Below, in pieces: positions 61,001 to 64,000 of a stretch of 64,000 nt of DNA. This DNA comes from Dictyostelium discoideum (taxonomy: Eukaryota), in NCBI GenBank assembly GCA_000004695.1, contig CM000151.3, positions 8,288,001 to 8,352,000 on the forward strand. The letters are read 5' to 3'. The notes under the pieces are model-generated. The model worked only from the letters and a program-made list of their open reading frames with translations, was not told the DNA's origin and did not search any database. Position 1 is the stretch's first letter. Each line of letters starts with the position of its first letter. The position numbers and the translations under genes were made by a program.

Positions 61001-62656
61001 TTACTTTGGGATACCCTTTAAAGAATTTAAATTTCCACTGCTGATATTATTAATTCCGCCATTATGAAATTTATATCTTCTTGAGGGAGAATTATTCTCT
61101 AAACCACTATTATTGTTATTACTATTATTATTATTACTATCAATAAATGAAGAGAAACCACCAGAATTATAATTTGGTGAAGAAGATAATTGTGCCAATG
61201 ATGATATTACAGGTGAAGAAGAAGGTGAAGATGCAATTGATAATATTGAAGTGAATGAAGCTAAAGGTGGTGTATATGATGTATTATTATTGTTGATGAT
61301 GTTATTACTATTATTACTATTATTACTATTATTACTATTACTATTATTATTACTATTAATACCTCCATTAGGATTATTTAATAATAATAAATTATTACTG
61401 CTTATATTTGGAGATGATGGGTCGGAATGTTGTTGTTGTTGTTGTTGTTGTAAAAATAAATCTCTTTGTCTCTTTGGTTGTGATCTATTTGATGGTGAAT
61501 TGGGTTGTTGATTAGGTGATGATAAACCATTAAATCCATTTAAATTTGAACTATTATTTATACTATTTATATTCATACTGCTATTATTATCAGACGAAGT
61601 ATCCATATCACCACTACCATTTAATTTTATATTATTATTATTATTATTATTTACATTTTCGATTGAAATTGGATTTAAAATTGATCTTTCTCTACTTTCT
61701 CCTATATTAAATCTACTTCTTCTATTTATATTTTGATTTGGTGATGATGGTGATATCTGTTGTATTGGTAATGGTGAGTGTTGTAATGGTATTGGTGATT
61801 GTAGTATTTGTGGTGAATTTTGTTGTTGTGGTTGTTGTTGTTGTTGCTGTTGTAAATGAGAGAAATGTCTGCCCTCTAAAAATGATGGTGATGAACATGA
61901 TGGTGTTGATGGTGATGATGATGATATATTATTATTAATATTATTATTTAAAATATTACTGAATGAGCCAATTCCTCCATTATTACTATTACTATTATTA
62001 TTATTATTATTACTACTACTACTATTATTATTATTTAAAATGTTTATACTATTATTTGGAGAAACATTGCTATTATTATTACTATTACTATTACTATTAC
62101 TATTATCATGAGGTTGTTGTTTTGATAATAAGTCTGATAATCTTGATTTTAAATCATTATTCTCTCTAAGAGCACTTTCAATTTGTTCTTCTAATTGATT
62201 AATCTTTAAATAGTTTTCATTTTGTAACATTCCCAATTGTTTAGTTTGTTGTAATAATTGATTTCTATCAGATTCCAAATTATCAACGATTGTTTCCAAC
62301 TTTTCTAAATATTCCTTTTTTCTTTCTCTATATTGTGCTGCTGATTGTCTATTTTGCATTTGTCTAAATTAAAAATAAAAATAAAAATTAAAAAAAAAAT
62401 AAAAATAAAAAAAAAGGAATTAATTATTAGATACTGATTTTTTTAAAAAAAAAATAAAAAAATAAAAGATAATAATAAATTAAGTATACCTTATTTTTTT
62501 CTTTTTTGCTTCTTCATCATCAAATAGCATTGAATTTGTGAAACCACTACCTGTACTACTTGTAAAACTACTACCAAAACTACTTGTTCCACTATAAACA
62601 CTACTACTATCTACACTTCCGTCACTGCTATCCAAACTTCTTGGTGAGTTCATCAT
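61001..62656 (-). CDS. bZIP transcription factor
   Basis: The minus-strand exons are 62656..62490 and 62363..61001, with an intron GTATAC...AATTTAG (126 nt) at phase 2. The Ser-rich N-terminus MMNSPRSLDSSDGS... runs into the basic region EEAKKKKIR|QMQNRQSAAQYRERKKEYLEKLE (N-x2-AA-x2-[CS]R-x-RKK). This continues into a heptad Leu zipper LEKLETIVDNLESDRNQLLQQTKQLGML..., followed by a long Asn/Ser/Gln-rich activation-like region. Confidence 0.75.
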
Positions 62657-62701
62657 TTTGTTTATTTTTTTAAATTATTTCTTTTTTTGTGTTGTGTGTG
62701 T

Positions 62702-62735
<34 letters not shown>

Positions 62736-63063
62736 GTGGGTGATATTTTTTTTTTTTTTTTTGTGAATGCGAATTATATTATTTAAACGGGATAATAATC
62801 ACCGTTTTTTTTTTTTTAAAAAAAAACTGCAAACTAACAAAAAAAAAAAATAAAAAAATAAAAAAAAAAAATAAAAAATAAAAAAAAAATTAAAAAGTAA
62901 AAAATTGGAGATGAGAAAATAAATAAAAAAAAAAACAATTATTTATAATGTGGAAAAATTAAAAAAGTATTGTCACTTTCGTTGTTTTTGATTTTTTATA
63001 AAAAATTATTTTTTATTTTTTTTTATAAAATTAATTCTTTTGGAAGATTAACAGACAAAAATC

Positions 63064-63103
<40 letters not shown>

Positions 63104-63460
63104 AATTAATTAAAAATATCTAAAGATATTTTTATTATTTTATTTTTGTTTTATAATTTATTTAATTTATTTTTATGTGATATTTTTTTTGAATGAATAA
63201 AAAAAGTAATAAAAAAAGGAAAAGAGAAAAAAAAAAAAAAAAAAAAAAAGATGAAAAGAAATAAAAACAAATACTAAAAAAATAATTAAAAAAAATAAAC
63301 AAAAAAAAAAAAAAAAATTAAAAATAAAATAAAATAAAAAAAATTTTAATTTAAAAATAAATAAAAATAAATTAAAAAATAAATAAAGACAACAACAATA
63401 ACAGCCAACATAAACACAACTCAGTACATCTCAACTATTTCACACTAACCACACTCAACA

Positions 63461-63504
<44 letters not shown>

Positions 63505-64000
63505 AATTGATTACATAAAAAAACAAAGGAAATTAATTGAAAAGTGGGTTATATAAGTAATTTTTTAAAATTTTATTCTACCTTAACCCCTCAATTAATA
63601 TATGTTAACCTATTTTGGAATCTATTATTTTTTTTTTTTTTTTTTTTTTAATAATATATAAAAAAAACATCATAATAAACACAATTGTAAATCTATCTAA
63701 AAATATTCTTTTTTTTTATTTTATTTAATTATTTATTTATATATCGCACACTCTCATTATAATGTGGCATTACAATGTCTTTTTTTATTATTTTTATTTT
63801 ATCTATTTTTATATCACTTCAATCTTTAAATCAGACTATTATTTTATTAAAATTATCATTATTAGATTATATGACGACATTATCATTATAATATTACCAC
63901 ATTATTATTATTATTTTTTTTTTTTTTAAAAAAATGAGAAAAAGTGTTTAGAAAAAAAAAAAATTTGATATCAAATAGATTTATAGTAATTGTAGTGAGA

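Noticed and set aside
61251-62169. Plus-strand poly-L/poly-Y/poly-V ORFs
   Set aside because: They are the antisense of the Asn/Ser-rich region of the bZIP gene.

Overview
The window is nuclear DNA from a dictyostelid social amoeba. Three observations support this: roughly 78-80 percent A+T, very long poly-Asn/Gln/Thr tracts encoded by (AAT)n/(CAA)n/(ACA)n, and short AT-rich spliceosomal introns of GTAAGT...AG type. Its gene content fits a Dictyostelium-type genome. It is a draft-quality scaffold, with a 100-N gap at 24445-24544. The ORF track was built with prokaryote-style alternative start codons and ignores splicing. I therefore rebuilt exon structures by hand. Splice coordinates may be off by 1-2 nt, and ORF-track coordinates were used as anchors.

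I support about 26 protein-coding genes on both strands, most with 1-3 small introns. They are a cyclin-like 3' end, a cysteine-rich modular secreted protein, glucose-6-phosphate 1-epimerase, a TIG/EGF type I membrane protein, RNA polymerase III RPC4-like, NDUFS4, ribosomal protein S27, a mitochondrial helical-repeat protein, a profilin-like protein, a DUF2804-like protein, a giant poly-N/Q protein, a paracaspase-like C14 peptidase, a COG1/Vps51-like protein, an archaeal-ATPase/DUF234-like NTPase, a BAR plus RhoGAP-like protein, a CLU+TPR protein, an ADP-ribosylglycohydrolase, RPB11, an alpha/beta hydrolase, a bZIP factor and several low-complexity hypotheticals.

The non-coding features are a tRNA-His(GUG) with a downstream external B box, and two minus-strand Class I ncRNA genes that each carry the GTTGA stem, the CCTTACAGCAA motif, a TGTG box and a DUSE-like element. 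There are also many microsatellites.

The window is gene-dense housekeeping chromatin, not a mobile or defence island. The points most worth a second look are the Class I RNA pair, the prokaryote-type ATPase/DUF234 and DUF2804-like genes, the paracaspase-like gene, and at least four 1-2 nt frame disruptions in otherwise convincing genes. Those disruptions suggest either assembly indel errors or pseudogenes.
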